A stretch of 64,000 bases of DNA. Source: Chrysomallon squamiferum. Taxonomy: Eukaryota; Animalia; Mollusca. The DNA lies in the NCBI GenBank assembly GCA_012295275.1, contig CM022677.1:1984001-2048000 (forward strand). Direction: 5' to 3'. A model generated the notes under the pieces. The model saw only the letters and a program-made list of their open reading frames with translations, was not told the DNA's origin and made no database searches. Both the position numbers and the translations under genes were made by a program. How positions within the stretch are numbered: position 1 is the stretch's first letter; each line of letters begins with the position of its first letter. Shown piece after piece: positions 63,240 to 64,000 of this stretch.

Positions 63240-64000
63240 TTGTATCCGGATTGTATTGAGATCAGATCACGGACTGTACGAGAATATGACTGCGTGTTTG
63301 TTGTTGTTGTGTTTTACCCACAGCATGGCTCTGATGCTGGCTACCAATTCGGCCGTATACACCGAAAGGTGATTTCTGATACGGCCGAATTGTATGCATG
63401 TGGGTTTATTTGTGTGATCTTGGGCTATGAAGGCGAATCCTACTCTCCCGTTGTCTGGGTTTTTGGATCCGTCAGTGTAGATGTGCGCGTGTTGTTTGTA
63501 GTGGTTGTTTGCTGTTGCCAAAAACAATGATTGAATTCTGTCTAGTTTTTTTAAATAGATTTTTTTTTTTTTAAATACACGCTTTGTGTATCAAAATCAG
63601 CGTTGACTCGTTTGCTCCTCAACTGGTTCCGGAAATTAACTTTAGAAGATTGAGTGTTTTTTTTCAGGAAGCAATTATGTTGTGTATGTGGCATCGGAAG
63701 TTGAAATTTGAATGTCTTTGTTTGTGTTATGACGTTGTTGTCGATGTTGAGCGTGATCTTGCTGTTGTCTGATTTCTTGTTGAAAAGGAGGCATGTTGTT
63801 TTGGAAAGAGAAATCTTTATGCCCCATTTCAACATCCAGTCGTTTACGTTGTTTAAGGCTTTTTGTATTTGTTTCTGTATTGCTGCGGTTGATCTGCCTG
63901 CCCGCCAAAAGGCGCAGTCGTCTGCAAAGAGTGCTGTATTTATCGGTTCCTTTGGTGGATTTCTGGCGTTGTCTTGTTGGTCGAGTGCTGTGACGATGTC
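63240..64000 (-). mobile_element. Second I-group LINE fragment (RT C-terminal part plus RNase H N-terminal part), internally deleted and 3'-truncated; continues beyond the window
   Basis: NTALFADDCAFW at ~63905-63940, WGIKISLSKTTCLLF, and IYTDGSK...GRVGFAF...LSVYTAEL (ORF 63267-63527). Confidence 0.92.

Overview
AT-rich, microsatellite-dense eukaryotic genomic DNA. It is most likely from a mollusc or other lophotrochozoan, inferred from the 5S rRNA sequence, a Meta/MESC-like SINE fragment and a BIR-UBA IAP. There is a 200-N scaffold gap at 33376-33575. Most ORFs in the track are artefacts of tandem repeats. Supported content, in order: a 4.8-kb (CA)n-containing satellite; an IAP-family gene (one BIR plus UBA, no RING seen) with an NF-kB site and CCAAT boxes; a minus-strand multi-exon gene of unknown product with frameshifts and stops (~15.0-33.3 kb); a probable Harbinger-type MITE; and a ~2.2-kb local duplication. 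A full-length but decayed 7.7-kb I-group LINE (triple zinc-knuckle ORF1; APE-RT-RNaseH-CCHC ORF2; 12-bp TSD; an extra upstream coding region) interrupts a hidden plus-strand exon. Beyond it lie an intron-containing, signal-peptide-bearing LigB/Memo-fold gene that is frameshifted and truncated, a TTAA-flanked MITE, a single 5S rRNA gene among gene-less spacer copies with a nearby hairpin plus oligo-T, and a second LINE fragment at the window end.
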